DNA of 63,991 bases, filler included, from Octopus bimaculoides (GCF_001194135.2; 11 parts of 9 records of this genome joined end to end with filler, not necessarily neighbours in it), one strand, 5' to 3'; shown: positions 37,936 through 51,267, counted from the whole stretch's first letter. The notes: a model not told the origin generated them from the letters alone. A program made the numbers and translations.

Positions 37936-39931
37936 CCTCCATAAAAGAGTCCATGACAGCCAGACAGACAGGCAGACAGACAGATAGATAGATAGAAAAG
38001 ATAGATAGACAGACAGACAGATAGATAGATGCATATGCAATGCATATATGTGACTATATAAACACACATATATATACATACATGCATACATACATAAATA
38101 TATGCATGTTTGCATACATACATACATACATACATACGTACGTACATACATACATACATACATACATACATACATAATACATAAATACATACATGCATAC
38201 ATACATGCATGCATACATGAATAGATGCCTCCATCTATCCACTATCCATTCATCCACACATCCGTCCATCCATCCATCCATCCATACATACATACATACA
38301 TACATACATACATACATACATACATACATACATACATACATACATACAAAGAGAGCGAGAGAGTGAGACAGACAGACAGAAAAAGACAGATAGACAGAGA
38401 GATAAATAATTCAGAGATGTATTATAAGTGACAGCGAAATAGTGTGGTTGAAATTTGCTAGATGGAAATGTAGCATCAGATAAAGTAATACACTGTTTAC
38501 AATTACATTACAGCAACCATCTAACTTCATAATACAAAACTGATCATATATCTAAGTGAGCATCCACAATATGTTTGTCTGAATGGCGTTGTAATATTTT
38601 AATTTAAAACCAGCAATTGCCTTTATGGATATATAAACCTGGAATTACTTTTCCGAAATTTAATGTCAAATATTCCAACATTTATTGGAATCAAAATTCA
38701 TAGATAACATATTCTTTGTTGATTGATATCGCCTCATCATTTAAACACGCCGCATATCTAATGTCGTCTTTATTAGCATGCAGAATGATCTAGATGTTGG
38801 TTGATATCAAATATTATATAAATGACAGAGTTTTGAATGTATGTAGCAAAACATATTCTCAATTATTCCCGGAAAATGAAATTCTGTTTCATTTGTCTAT
38901 AGCATTAATACTAGCAATTTTATTACTAAGCAGGAATTCATTTTTCTATTAGTTTGTTACACCACTATCTCAGAAATATCTGTTGCATAAATATTTTTTA
39001 CGCTAATATTGCTTTGATAGACGTTAGGTGTTATTAACAAAGATTTAACACATCAGCAATTATTATTATAGCTTGCATTCGAATTGAAGATGATAGATGT
39101 CAAGCAAATACATTCTAATACAGATTTACTATGCTGTGTGGGAAGTAGGACTAGATTAATGATAAAATATCTCCATAACTTTTTTGCCAGTGTCTTATAT
39201 AATTTCCTATCCAATTTGTGGTACAATCACTCTATATAACATAAATATTTTCTAGAAAACTTCTAAATGCTATTAACATTCATATATCATGCACATAAAA
39301 AAAAAAAAAAAATTATTCTAGTTGTCTTTATCAAGCGCATCTTGGTCTTCCTATATTTTCAGCAGAAAATTAATATGACCTCTTGAGATATTTCTCACTC
39401 TCTAGCAAAACAAATCATTCACAAACTATTTTTCATAAATAGAATTAAATAGAATTCTAAAAGATGCAGAAGCTACACAAAAGAATGAAATTAAAATTTC
39501 TAGCTGAAAACTGAATTTTAAAACTAGTCATTACATTAAAATATTCAAAAAGAAATTCTCAAAAGAAAACAACACAAGAAAGAATAGTCACTTCGAATAA
39601 TTAAGCATATAGGCAACTTGGTACATCTTCATTCGTATATAAATTGGTGTATATAAAACTTCGTGTATATCATCAAGTCGATAATACAAAACACGAAAGT
39701 TGGTGATGTTGGTGAGAATTAAAATAACAGATGTTATACCACTTATATCTAACCGTTCTTTAAGTTGTGATTTATTTTTCACTATTACCATTTCACAAAC
39801 TATGTGTGTATGTGTGTGTCTTAGTAAATACGAAAATTCATACACACATACACATGAATATGTATGTATACATATAAACACACATACGTACACATACACA
39901 CTTACACACACACAAACACACACACACACAC

Positions 39932-40005
<74 letters not shown>

Positions 40006-40366
40006 GTGTGTGTGCATATGCATATATACCTATTATTCGATGACTTAGATCTTTCAATGATTGCAACTATGGTTCGATATACTCCTGATGCATCAATACA
40101 TATTGATTACTTCACTTGAAACCTCCAATATTCAGTTCATTTGTGCCTTCATTGATATACACAAATACACACTCAGACACCATCATTTTTACACATAAAC
40201 TCACATTTACACTCCTCAAAGACACACACTCATGTAACACTGTATGAGTTTCTCACTTATATATAGGTTTTAATGAGATATTTTCTCCTACATTTACACA
40301 TATGGACATATATATGCTTATGCCCATGCATATATATAGTTGTGCGTATGTATGTATGTATGCATG

Positions 40367-40425
<59 letters not shown>

Positions 40426-40525
40426 NNNNNNNNNNNNNNNNNNNNNNNNNNNNNNNNNNNNNNNNNNNNTTAATTAATTAANNNNNNNNNNNNNNNNNNN
40501 NNNNNNNNNNNNNNNNNNNNNNNNN

Positions 40526-40960
40526 ACGATTCTATTGTTAAGATGGCGGATAAGGGAGGCGCTATCGTCATTATGGACAAAAGTGAGTATATTTCGGCTT
40601 GTGAAGAAGTTTTAAATGACAAAACTTCATATGAAGAATTACCTGTCGATCCAAACCTCAATTACAGAGAGGAACTTGACAAAATAATTCTGGAAATGGA
40701 GGAAAACAATTTCGTTAGTAAGGCTGAATCTAGGATTTTAAGGTCAGAAAGAAGAACACCTGTATTTTATGGTCTCCCTAAAATACACAGAAAGTTCGAA
40801 AGATTTCCTCCAATGCGCCCAATTTGCAGCGGATATGAATGCTGTACGGCCCAAATTTCGGAATGGCTGGATGGCTTTCTACTCCCCGTCGCAAACGATC
40901 AAGTTCCTATATTCAGGATACCTTTGATTTTGTATCTAAAATTAACAACTTAGAGTCGAG
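40526..40960 (+). mobile_element. Penelope-like element reverse transcriptase fragment
   Basis: ADKGGAIVIMDKSEY...LPVDP...PVFYGLPKIHRK...PPMRPICSG...ISEWLDGFLLP, then after a frameshift SYIQDTFDFVSKIN; typical N-terminal PLE RT motifs. 5' side lost in gap, 3' truncated. Confidence 0.9.
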
Positions 40961-41329
40961 GGAAGTTGTGTCTCATTGTTGGCTGGTTGTAACCTTCTTT
41001 CTCCCTCTGGCCGTCTGGCCGTTCCTTGCTACTTATACAAAATGATGAAATGAATACAAATTTTCCAAAAAAATATTTATTATCTTATATTGAAATTAAA
41101 TAAAACAAGATTCTCATTTGTATATTTGCAATAAATATATCTTTAGATGTGCATTTTTCGGGAAGTTGTCATTGCCAGCTATGAAACCTCATGTGTACTC
41201 TTATCCTACACCTCTTATGTTAGCTCCCTCTACGTCTTTTCCACTCTCTCTTCCCCTATGTCTAGACACCAACCAACCAACCAACCAACCAACCAACATT
41301 TATATCGGCTACTTTTATATAGATGTTTA

Positions 41330-41820
41330 GGGGTTGGCTGGCAGAATCGCTGGCGCGTCGGACAAAATGCTTAGCGGCATTTCTTCTGGCACTTAACGTT
41401 CTCAGTTTAAATGTCGTTGAGGCTGACTTTGCCTTTCATCCTTTCGTAGTAATTTCCAGTCAAGTACTGGGGTCGATGCAACTGACTACCTTCCGTATCC
41501 CCGAAAATTTCAGGCTCCGCACCTATAGTAGAAAGAATAATTATATAGAGATATTTGCAGTTAATCTCAGTAACAATACTAAAGTCAATATTTCGACTAG
41601 CTTAAGGCGGCGAGTTTACAGAAACGTTAGCACGACGGGCGAAATGCTTAGCGGTATTTGGTCTGTTTTTACGTTCTGAGCTCAAATGCCGCCGAGGTCG
41701 ACTTTGCCTTTCATCCTTTCAGGGTTGATAAATTAAGTACCAGTTGCGTACTAGAGTCAATCTAATCCACTGGCCCCCTCCCTAAAATTTCGGGTCTTGT
41801 GCCTAGAGTAGAAAAGAATA
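41330..41820 (+). mobile_element. Two tandem SINE family B copies
   Basis: GCTGGCAGAATCG...GCTTAGCGG...GACTTTGCCTTTCATCCTTTC...AAGTAC occurs twice. Confidence 0.8.
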
Positions 41821-42149
41821 TTTCGACTAGCCTGTGCTGAGTATTTCGTCGAAAATCTTGATCCGTTATCCTCTCGAAATTACGATATACGTAAGTTATT
41901 GCCAACAGTTTTAGTTGTTTAAGTAGGTAAATATCCCCTTAGTACTACAAAGGAAATATTTACAATACGGGATAAGGAAGTGTTTTATACGATAATATAC
42001 GCGAGGTTTACAACAATAGGTTAACAATAAGAGGAAACCGTTAATGGTTTATAGCCCGATAACAGTAAATTTCATAAACTTGATAGTTTAGTGTGTTTAA
42101 TTTCAGATTTTAAAAGATGAATCATATTATATTGATTCTTCTTTTCTTT

Positions 42150-42495
42150 TTTTTTACTGGCTTCAGTCATTGTATGGTGGCCATGATGGGACACTATAAT
42201 CTCCAAAGCCTTTTTTTTAAAAGACCATCTTATTTCAGTTTGGTGCTTATTTTTTATCGATCTTTATTTGTGGAACCGCTATGTTATGCGGCATATACAA
42301 CATCAACACACACGTACATACACGGCACGCGCACAGAGCTCGCTTTGCAACTATCTTTGTTTTTCGTCTACAAAATTCCAGTCAGAAGATATTGATCAAT
42401 CTGGGATTATAGCAGATGGCACTTGCCTAAAGTACTACGCTGTGGATTGAACCCGAGACCAAGTGGCTTCAAACGAACTTCTTAGCTGCACAACG
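42150..42495 (-). mobile_element. Old SINE family A copy
   Basis: Degenerate TTCAGTCATTG...GGCCATG, GAACCGCTA and ATTGAACCCGAGACC motifs. Confidence 0.55.
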
Positions 42496-43209
42496 GTGTG
42501 TTCACCCATATTGGTACTTATTTTGTAATACAGCAAGCTATCCCTTCCTGCTCTTACCATTTAACCTCTTCGCTCCTTTTCTCCTACCAGTCATTACTCG
42601 ACCGTCTTCAGACGAAGGACTTTGAAAATCAAATTTTGGCTTCAACTAAACTTAGTAACCTCCACAAAATTCCTTCGATGTGTTATAATGCTTAATGTTA
42701 TTGTAAGCAATACCCGCCATGTTTTAAAAACGATACTCTCAATGTATTATATGCAATACTCTCTGGGTATTATACTTTCATTGGGACTTGCAGTGTTTGT
42801 AGTTTCTGGCTATCTTTGCCTGTTTTTGTTTGTTGTTTGCGTGCTCATCACTTTTTACATAAATGTCCTTGTAGATACACAATTGTGTGTATATATTCAT
42901 GGAAAGAGTCTCAAATGGAATGCCTCACAAATTTTCACCGTGCTGCTAATAGATTGGATTTCAAGGATGCGCGTCATTTTCTTTTGCTCTTTCTTGGAGG
43001 AACCTAGTATTTCTTTATGTATGTATGTATGTATGTTTGTATGTATGTATGTATGTATGTATGTATGTATGTATGTATGTATGTATTGTTCATTGTAAGC
43101 TCTTCGCCGGTAATTACATAATGCTAAGTATGTCGCCAGTAACTTCATCACTTCATAATTTCATCGCAGGATGATAAAATTGGTTTCAAATTTTGACACA
43201 AGGTCACCA

Positions 43210-43258
<49 letters not shown>

Positions 43259-43264
43259 GTGTGG

Positions 43265-43437
43265 GGGAACTCGATTACATCGACTCCAGTGCTCAAATGT
43301 TAATTACTTCATCGACCCCGAAAGGATAAAAGGCAAGTCAACCCTGGCGGCATTTGAACTCAGAACGTGATGTCGGAAGAAATGCCGCTAAGCATTTTTT
43401 CCGGCGCGGTAACGATTCTGCCCGCTCGCCGCCCTCG
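43265..43437 (-). mobile_element. SINE family B
   Basis: CGACCCCGAAAGGATAAAAGGCAAG...TTTGAACTCAGAACG...CTCGCCGCC. Confidence 0.8.
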
Positions 43438-44559
43438 CAGACTAATAATATTGCACGCCGATACATCACCACTAAATTCATCGTTGTGGTTTTTATCTGC
43501 AGAGTAAAAGCATCAATAAAAATTAAAGGTTTTTATTTGCCCAGGAAATATGTTGCATTTATTTATAAAAAGCAGTAAATTCAAAAATGAAAAAAGATAC
43601 ACAAGACAACCCTTCCCCCCCAAAAAAAAACCCTTCTCTGCATTAACTGGAATTTAAAAAAAATCTTGAAGATGGATTAATAATGAAACGAATTACTAAT
43701 CGAACAGTATATCGGCTGTGCAGAAATTTCACACAACAAAATGAAATGTTAAGATTTATATGAGAATTCAACATATGATCAATGAATATGAAAGTCGCGA
43801 GATGCTGGATTAAGAGGTATAGTTTAGAATTTGTTTTTTTAGAGTCTTTCTTTCTCCATTCAATTAAAAATGGTGCAGTCATAATAAACGTAAGTAGTTG
43901 GATGCGATTCTAATGATGTGGGTGAAAGGAGACCATATCTATGTTGTGAGTGGAGAGAGCCCTCGTCAAATGATGAGACTAGATGGAAATCACCTCTGCT
44001 GATGTCCGAACAACTAATTTTGAAAACAGTTCGAAAAAATTCTAAGTGCATTGCTAATAATTAGCGGCTCACCTTCGAGGATGTGCGTACGTGCGTGCGT
44101 GTGTGTGCTTGCATATATCCATATATATACTGTGAGTATATAGGGATAAATTATCAGGCGAGTACCGTAAGAACTCTCAGGTAAAGTCTAGGTTCTAGCT
44201 AACCTTATCAAGTAGTAAGAAGCATCAAAGATCACTTAGGGTGAGCAATCCCTCTATAATTCTAATGGGTAAATCCGGGTTCGCTTTGCTGGATTATGAA
44301 TATTTTCGGGAGTATGAATCCAAAACAATTACAAACAATATGCTGTATAATTTACTGTATGTATGTATGTATGTATGTATGTATGTATGTATGTATGTTA
44401 TTATAAGATCTGGTAATTAGTCATATATTAATATATTAATTAATATCGACTAATTATCAGGGGGCCAGCACATTTAAAGAATCAAAGAGATTCAGAAATA
44501 TTATCTGCAATCTCAGGGGATTAAGGTACATTTTAAAAAATAACGTCGACCACTAACGT

Positions 44560-44639
44560 GGACAATTAATGCGCTAGAAATAGATCACATTTTGTGTCTA
44601 GACACAAAATGTGATCTATTTCTAGCGCATTAATTGTCC
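44560..44639. repeat. Perfect 80-bp palindrome with no spacer, ending at a gap
   Basis: GGACAATTAATGCGCTAGAAATAGATCACATTTTGTGTCT followed by its exact reverse complement. Confidence 0.9.
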
Positions 44640-44829
44640 NNNNNNNNNNNNNNNNNNNNNNNNNNNNNNNNNNNNNNNNNNNNNNNNNNNNNNNNNNNNN
44701 NNNNNNNNNNNNNNNNNNNNNNNNNNNNNNNNNNNNNNNNNNNNNNNNNNNNNNNNNNNNNNNNNNNNNNNNNNNNNNNNNNNNNNNNNNNNNNNNNNNN
44801 NNNNNNNNNNNNNNNNNNNNNNNNNNNNN

Positions 44830-46725
44830 AGATACCCGATGTTGCTCGGGATTAGAATGGCATAGTTTGTATATAATATATCATAGTTATGTTGAAACAG
44901 GTGAAATGGGTTAGTGCAGCATTGACAACAAAACATTTGTGGAGGAAATGATGGGCTAATTCGACTAAGCAGCATGCTATGCGTCCGTTTGGAGTATTTC
45001 AGACCCTAACCTATCATGGAAAATTGGGGATGGAGGTTATGTGATTTTTGAACAAACTGAAAAGCTGTCAGTAGATATACTCTCTTTTGTAGCAGTCGGC
45101 GCTGTCTAACACGAACCATCATCTGAACTTTTGACATCTCCTTCGGGTTTTTTGTCCTACATCACTCATAGAGTAAATTTGGAGGAACTGTGGGTAACAG
45201 GGAACCAATGAGGTGATAGACTTGCCCTTCAACTTTGACGTCGGCGTAAATTCATGTTTAAGTATCTTCTCAGATGCAGTAAACGATGTCATTTGAAATG
45301 CAGAATTGTATTGTCTGATATTGTTCAGAAAATCCTTTGACTGGATGGAAGTGCCTTCTAGAAGATCTATAAAAGGTTGAAAAGAAGCTGGTAGTACTGG
45401 CAATGTTACCTGACCGCCTGATCAGCACATACTATTTGTTTCATTTGAAAATTTAAAACTTCTACAGAAACGACAATTTGTGTTTAACACAACAATTTGG
45501 ACAGAGTTATCATTTTTATAAGAATGGGATGGATCATATCTGAAAACAGTTTCAGGAGTTGTGAAGAACGAATTTGTACGTAGTCTGTTTCTGAGAGNNN
45601 NNNNNNNAAAACAGTTTCAGGAGTTGTGAAGAACGAATTTGTACGTAGTCTGTTTCTGAGAGCTATTCTACTGGACCTCTGTCTAATCATTAAAACATTG
45701 ATTTAATGATCCAACATCAACTGCTGCAGCATGCATTTGCTAATCTTTGAAAAGTCTCATCTCCCTTCTCTCTTGAGACTCCGTCTGACGTACTGCAGCA
45801 TGCCTTTGCTGATCTTGAGAAAATCTCCTCTCGCTTCTCTCTTCAGACTCTCGCCTTCGGTTTTCTACAATCCTCCTTGCTGAAATCTGGTCGGTGTTGA
45901 GCAGTGTCTTTCAAATAACTATAGCTGGTTGTTGAGATAACGTAGAATATATGTAAATGAAAATATAGTTTATTTGGTAGCCAAAAAATTGCTGAATATT
46001 TTGATACCCATACGTCAAAATGGGTAGCCCAATTTTGGAACGCATAAAGAGCATACGCGCACGCACACACACGCACGCACGAACGCAAGCACGCACACAC
46101 ACACACACACACGCTCTCTCTCTCACTTTTAGAACATACATAAGGTATGAAACATCAGCATTTCTCTGTCACCCGCTATCCCTGTCTTTCATCTTCTCCT
46201 ATAGAAACTTATTTTCTGTCTCTGTTTCTTTCTCTTGTCTCTGTCTTTTTCTCATTTTGTGTTTCTCCCGCTGATTCCGTAAAAATAAATTTGAAGAGTG
46301 CAGAAATTGAAAGAAGAGAAAGCGAAGAGGACAGAGAGAAAGAAAGTGAAGGAGATGAGGAAGTGAAAGATGTATGTACGTGTATATGAAATGGACGTGT
46401 GCGTGTGTGCGTGCGTGCGCGTTTGTGTGAGTGAGAAAAATAGAGACAGAGAGATAGAGTGAGTGAGTGAAGGTGTGTGTCGTGATGATTGATGTTTTTT
46501 AAATACGCACACATGTAGAAAATGTGACGTCATCGTCGTCGTCGAATAAAATGTTTACGATAGTTGATTTATGGAAAAGATTGTAATGTTAAATTTTTGA
46601 AATGCAAATATGTGAATGGAAATTAAGTTTAGTTTGTAGCCGAAATAGTACTGAATCTTTTAATACACCATACGTCAAAATCGATAACTCGGTTTTGGAA
46701 TGCATAAGGAATATATATATATAGG
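44830..46725 (-). mobile_element. Internally deleted Helitron (N-terminal RepHel fragment with both terminal regions)
   Basis: Minus peptides: R/E-rich repeats (45700-45900), CRFCRSFKF...MC.SGGQVTLP, SKDFLNNIRQYNSAFQMTSF (YNSAFQMTSF at 45281-45310), PQFLQIY. Probable 3' hairpin CCCGAGCAACATCGGG at 44835-44850; (TA)-rich probable 5' end near 46720 with a ~60-bp direct repeat at about 45990 and 46650. Confidence 0.8.
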
Positions 46726-47750
46726 ACAGACTTCTTTCAAACTGAAAGTATTATCTCGCATTACAATAGAGACGTGATACTGAAATAGTGTAAGAGATAA
46801 GAGATTGCTTAGGGCTCGCATTATGCAAGAAGCTGGAAAGTTTTTGGCCCATGACACTCATGGACCCTAAGTAAGGCATATGTAAAATTTAGCCTTTCTT
46901 GTGGCCGAAAGCCTCTCTTTGCATGTCAAGCGAAGGGCGAAAGGAAGTGCTGCTCTTGGTTCAGGCTGACGCAAAAGCCGGGGTTGCTCCTTGGTCATAG
47001 TTGACACATAAGAGGAAGAGATAGGAAATTCTTTCTGTTATATAGACTATGGTCAGTAATGTGGATGAAACCTTAAACAAAGGACTGACCTTTCCTTGAC
47101 CAGCATAGGTCCTAGTGGGGTTGAGTGTTTCCTCATCAATCATCTGGTGTGGAGAGGATTTCCTGCTCGTTTTGACAAGGAACAAGCAGGTGGTTTTGGT
47201 TTCAAATCTCAGGCAGGGTCAGTATAAGGAGTGTGTTGTGATACATAAATAATATTTCAAGAATTTTAATAAAAACATAACAAACGGAAAATTTAACAAA
47301 AACAAATGGAAATTTTGACAAAACCATAGCACACGGAAAATTCGTAGCTAATTCCTCATCAGTCAACGTCCAAGAGATCATAACAGTTTCGCACCGTTAT
47401 ATATATATATATATATATATATATACTTTGTTATGTACAAATATCACTGAAACAGATACCAACTAACTTTAAAATGTCTCATAAGTAAAATGAAGGTGAA
47501 AGAGGCGACACAAGGTGTTGGTTAGTTCCTTGCGATATTATTTCAGTGTTTGGTATTTGATCAGAACTAGTTTTTTTCTCAAGTTTGAGCTGATGTATTA
47601 TCGCCCTCAAGTCTCTCTGGTCTGTAGCTAGCATTGTATTACCTGATTCCCATGTTTCCAGGTTGATTATCAGATTTTGATATATGGTTCTTTTCTACAA
47701 AGGCCTTGGCTACAAAACATTAGCTTTTGTCTTCTTGCTATTGTGTGTAC

Positions 47751-48218
47751 TGTGGTAACGGGGATTCGAGTCCTAACCGCTAGATACTCAGTTGGACACC
47801 ACGAGTCACCCCTACAGTTTCACGTGATTGATCTATAAATTGACCAATCAGTATGAAGCTATGACATGATGTGGTTTTCTTGAATGTTCTAGAATCGTTC
47901 ACCTTATAAAAACCGTTTTTGCGCTCCACTCATCGCAAAGTGCTGATGGCGGCTGACTGATTCACACACCTCACTCTTACCAGGCGGCTTGGGATATTTT
48001 CTCAGACAACTCCAGGTTCTCAGACAGACCCATTCTAAACATTCACACAGTGTCTCATAAGTAACTTCTATGGATGTTGCATAGTTTTCTCTCTATTCCA
48101 TTCGGCAATTATTAATATTGTTCATATCCCAAATATCATTATGTCTGGCAATAAATACCAAGTTAAATGTTAGTGAGTTTGCTTCAGTTATTCACGCAGC
48201 CAATAAAATATATCAACA
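47751..48218 (+). mobile_element. Possible solo LTR
   Basis: TG...CA ends with CCAATC, TATAAAA (47905) and AATAAA (48202) in LTR order; TSD not convincing. Confidence 0.35.
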
Positions 48219-48397
48219 TTGACTAGCTCAACACAAGCAACAAGTAAACAATATGTGGCATAGTACTTAGAGAAAGTCAGGCAGGCAGGGAGGCAGAGAA
48301 TCAGATAAAAAGGTAGAGTGATAGGTATGTACACAGGTAGATAAGAAGGTAGGGAGATAGGTCGATAGGTCGATAGGTAGACAGATAGGTAGATAGA

Positions 48398-48631
48398 AGG
48401 CGGCGAGCTGGCAGAAACGTTAGCACGCCGGGCGAAATACTTAGCGATATTTCGTCTGCCGTTATGTTCTGAGTTCAAATTCCGCCGAGGTCGACTTTGC
48501 CTTTCATCCTTTCGGGGTCGATAAATTAAGTACCAGTTACGCACTGGGGTCGATGTAATCGACTTAATCCCTTTGTATGTCCTTGCTTGTCTTATCTATG
48601 TTTAGCCCCTTGTGGACAATAAAGAAATAAG
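48398..48631 (+). mobile_element. SINE family B, near full length
   Basis: GGCGGCGAGCTGGCAGAAACGTTAGCACGCCGGGCG...GGTCGACTTTGCCTTTCATCCTTTCGGGGTCGATAAATTAAGTACCAG...AATAAAGAAATAA. Confidence 0.9.
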
Positions 48632-48664
48632 ATAGGTAGATAGAAAGACAAGTAAGTTGATAGA

Positions 48665-49015
48665 TATGTAGGGAAGTGGTTATACACCATTAGGTGTACT
48701 CCGCTCCCGTACATTAATTTTCTTGAAGAAGACAACGGAACGCAAGCTCTAAACTATCAACACAACAATATTTATTACAATAGAATTCTGCTCACACTAG
48801 GAGGGAATTCGGCAGCACTTCGCCCTTTAGTTACTGAGACGCCGTCAATGAAGTTTCGTGGTTATCTGTGTAGCTCCAGTGCTGGATTGTGGGAGAGCTC
48901 TGTTGTGACGTCTAGGCTCTTCGAAGATCAGCGAGCAAAGAGAGTGAAATCCGCGCGAAAGCTTGGATATGGATGACTACGCATGCGCATGAGACTCTTC
49001 CTGTATTCCTTCCGG
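48665..49015 (-). mobile_element. LTR-like sequence, truncated by gap
   Basis: TGTAGGG boundary, TTTATT (minus-strand polyA signal) and CpG-rich promoter motifs (GCATGCGCATG, CGCGCGAAA, CTTCCGG); a host promoter is the alternative. Confidence 0.35.
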
Positions 49016-49559
49016 NNNNNNNNNNNNNNNNNNNNNNNNNNNNNNNNNNNNNNNNNNNNTTAATTAATTAANNNNNNNNNNNNNNNNNNNNNNNNNNNNN
49101 NNNNNNNNNNNNNNNATAAAAGGTTAAACTTTATATATATATACAAAGTTTTGATTTAAAAAAAACTTTAACGATATTATAAACTATAAAGATTAATAAT
49201 TAATCAAATAATATTAATCAAAAATAATCGAAAATATATCAACACTATTCCAATCGAAGTTCTAATATTATGTTGAAATGAAACTATAACTTCTAAATAA
49301 TATAGTGTTAAATAAGTTATCTATTAAAATAATCTATAAAGAACCAAATGAATAGTATAAAAACAAGAATACATATTATTTTCAAGTAGTAGAAAATCTT
49401 TAGCAAAGTGAAAACAGTACTTATCCATATATGGGTACAGAGCATCACCAACAGTAAACAACATGAAATACGGAAACAAATGAGTTCAATGCGCAAACAG
49501 CGAGAGAAACAAGTGGAAAACAGGACAAGTAACACAAAGAACGACCCTTCATCAGTTCT

Positions 49560-49775
49560 TTCATTTTCCGTCTACCAAATCTACTCAAGGCTTTAGTCGG
49601 CCCGAGACTACATTAGAAGACACTAGCCCAAGGTAACACGCAGTGGGACTGAACCTGCAACCATGTGATTGGGAAGAAAGCTTCTTACCACACAGACTCG
49701 TCTGCGCCTATATATATATTCTTTTACTATGTTACTTGTTTCAGTCAATTGACTGCGGCCATGCTGGAGCACCGC

Positions 49776-49778
<3 letters not shown>
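49560..49778 (-). mobile_element. SINE family A pieces (head, then tail of a second copy)
   Basis: TTCCGTCTACCAAAT...GGGACTGAACC...CACACAG and TTTCAGTCAATTGACTGCGGCCATGCTGGAGCACCGCC. Confidence 0.8.
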
Positions 49779-49814
<36 letters not shown>

Positions 49815-49829
49815 AAAGGGAACACTCTG

Positions 49830-50140
49830 TCGGTTACGACGAAGAGGATCCTAGCTAATACGATCAACGGAACAGCTTGCTGGTGAAATTAACGTGCAAG
49901 TGACTGAGCAATCCACAGACACGTGTACCCCTAACGTAGTTCTCAGGGAGATTCAGCGTGACACAGAGTGTGACAAGGCCGGCCCTTTGAAATACAGGTA
50001 CAACTCATTTTTGCAAGCTGAGTGGACTGGAACAACGTGAAATAAAGTGTCTTGCTCAAGGACGCAACGCGTCGCTGGGAATTGAACTCACGACCTTCCA
50101 ATCGTAACCCGAATGCCCTAACCACTAAGCCACGCGCCTT
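49830..50140 (-). mobile_element. SINE family C
   Basis: GCTGAGTGGACTGG...AAGTGTCTTGCTCAAG...GAATTGAACTC...CTAACCACTAAGCCACG; matches 1690-1912. Confidence 0.85.
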
Positions 50141-50211
50141 CACACACACATACACACACAGAGACAGACAGACAGACAGACACACACACACACACACACA
50201 CACAAATACAC

Positions 50212-50247
<36 letters not shown>

Positions 50248-50857
50248 CACACATATATATATATATATGTAGATGAATATATATATTGATATTGATATTA
50301 CACACACACACATATATAAAATATTTATATATACATGCAGGTATTTTGCTGTGTATTAAACGTGCATACACTTATGTAAATAATAGTCAGTGTATGTATA
50401 CTTATATGATATGCATATATGTCTATGCTTGTGTGTGAGTATATGTGTGTGTACGTGTGTGCCAAATAAGTAATGAATATAAAATCATATGTAGTAGTTG
50501 TAATTACATGCATCAGTGTATGTCTATATATATATATATATATATNNNNNNNNNNNNNNNNNNNNNNNNNNNNNNNNNNNNNNNNNNNNNNNNNNNNNNN
50601 NNNNNNNNNNNNNNNNNNNNNNNNNNNNNNNNNNNNNNNNNNNNNNNNNNNNNNNNNNNNNNNNNNNNNNNNNNNNNNNNNNNNNNNNNNNNNNNNNNNN
50701 NNNNNNNNNNNNNNNNNNNNNNNNNNNNNNNNNNNNNNNNNNNNNNNNNNNNNNNNNNNNNNNNNNNNNNNNNNNNNNNNNNNNNNNNNNNNNNNNNNNN
50801 NNNNNNNNNNNNNNNNNNNNNNNNNNNNNNNNNNNNNNNNNNNNNNNNNNNNNNNNN

Positions 50858-50915
50858 AACCCAGCAGCATCGGTTGTTGGGGTGGGCGGGACAAACACCC
50901 CACACACACATACAC

Positions 50916-50959
<44 letters not shown>

Positions 50960-51100
50960 GACAGGCTTCTTTCAGTTTCCGTCTACCAAATCCACTCACA
51001 AGGCCCAGTGCTATAGTAGGAGACACTTGCCCGAGGTGCCACGCAATAGGACTGAACCCGAATCCATGTGGTTGGTAAGTAAGCTACTTACCACACTGCC
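50858..51100 (-). mobile_element. SINE family A
   Basis: CAGCATCGGTTGT...GACAAACAC...(TA)n...CTTCTTTCAGTTTCCGTCTACCAAATCCACTCACAAGG...CTTACCACAC. Confidence 0.85.
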
Positions 51101-51142
51101 ATATATATATCTATGCATATAAATATATGTACACACACACAT

Positions 51143-51267
<125 letters not shown>

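Noticed and set aside
38700-39310. Hydrophobic reading frame followed by poly(A), suggesting a processed receptor pseudogene
   Set aside because: Frequent stops, no family motif and AT-rich composition explain the hydrophobic bias.
45542-45663. ~55-bp direct duplication inside the Helitron
   Set aside because: The copies flank a 10-N gap, typical of unmerged overlapping contig ends.
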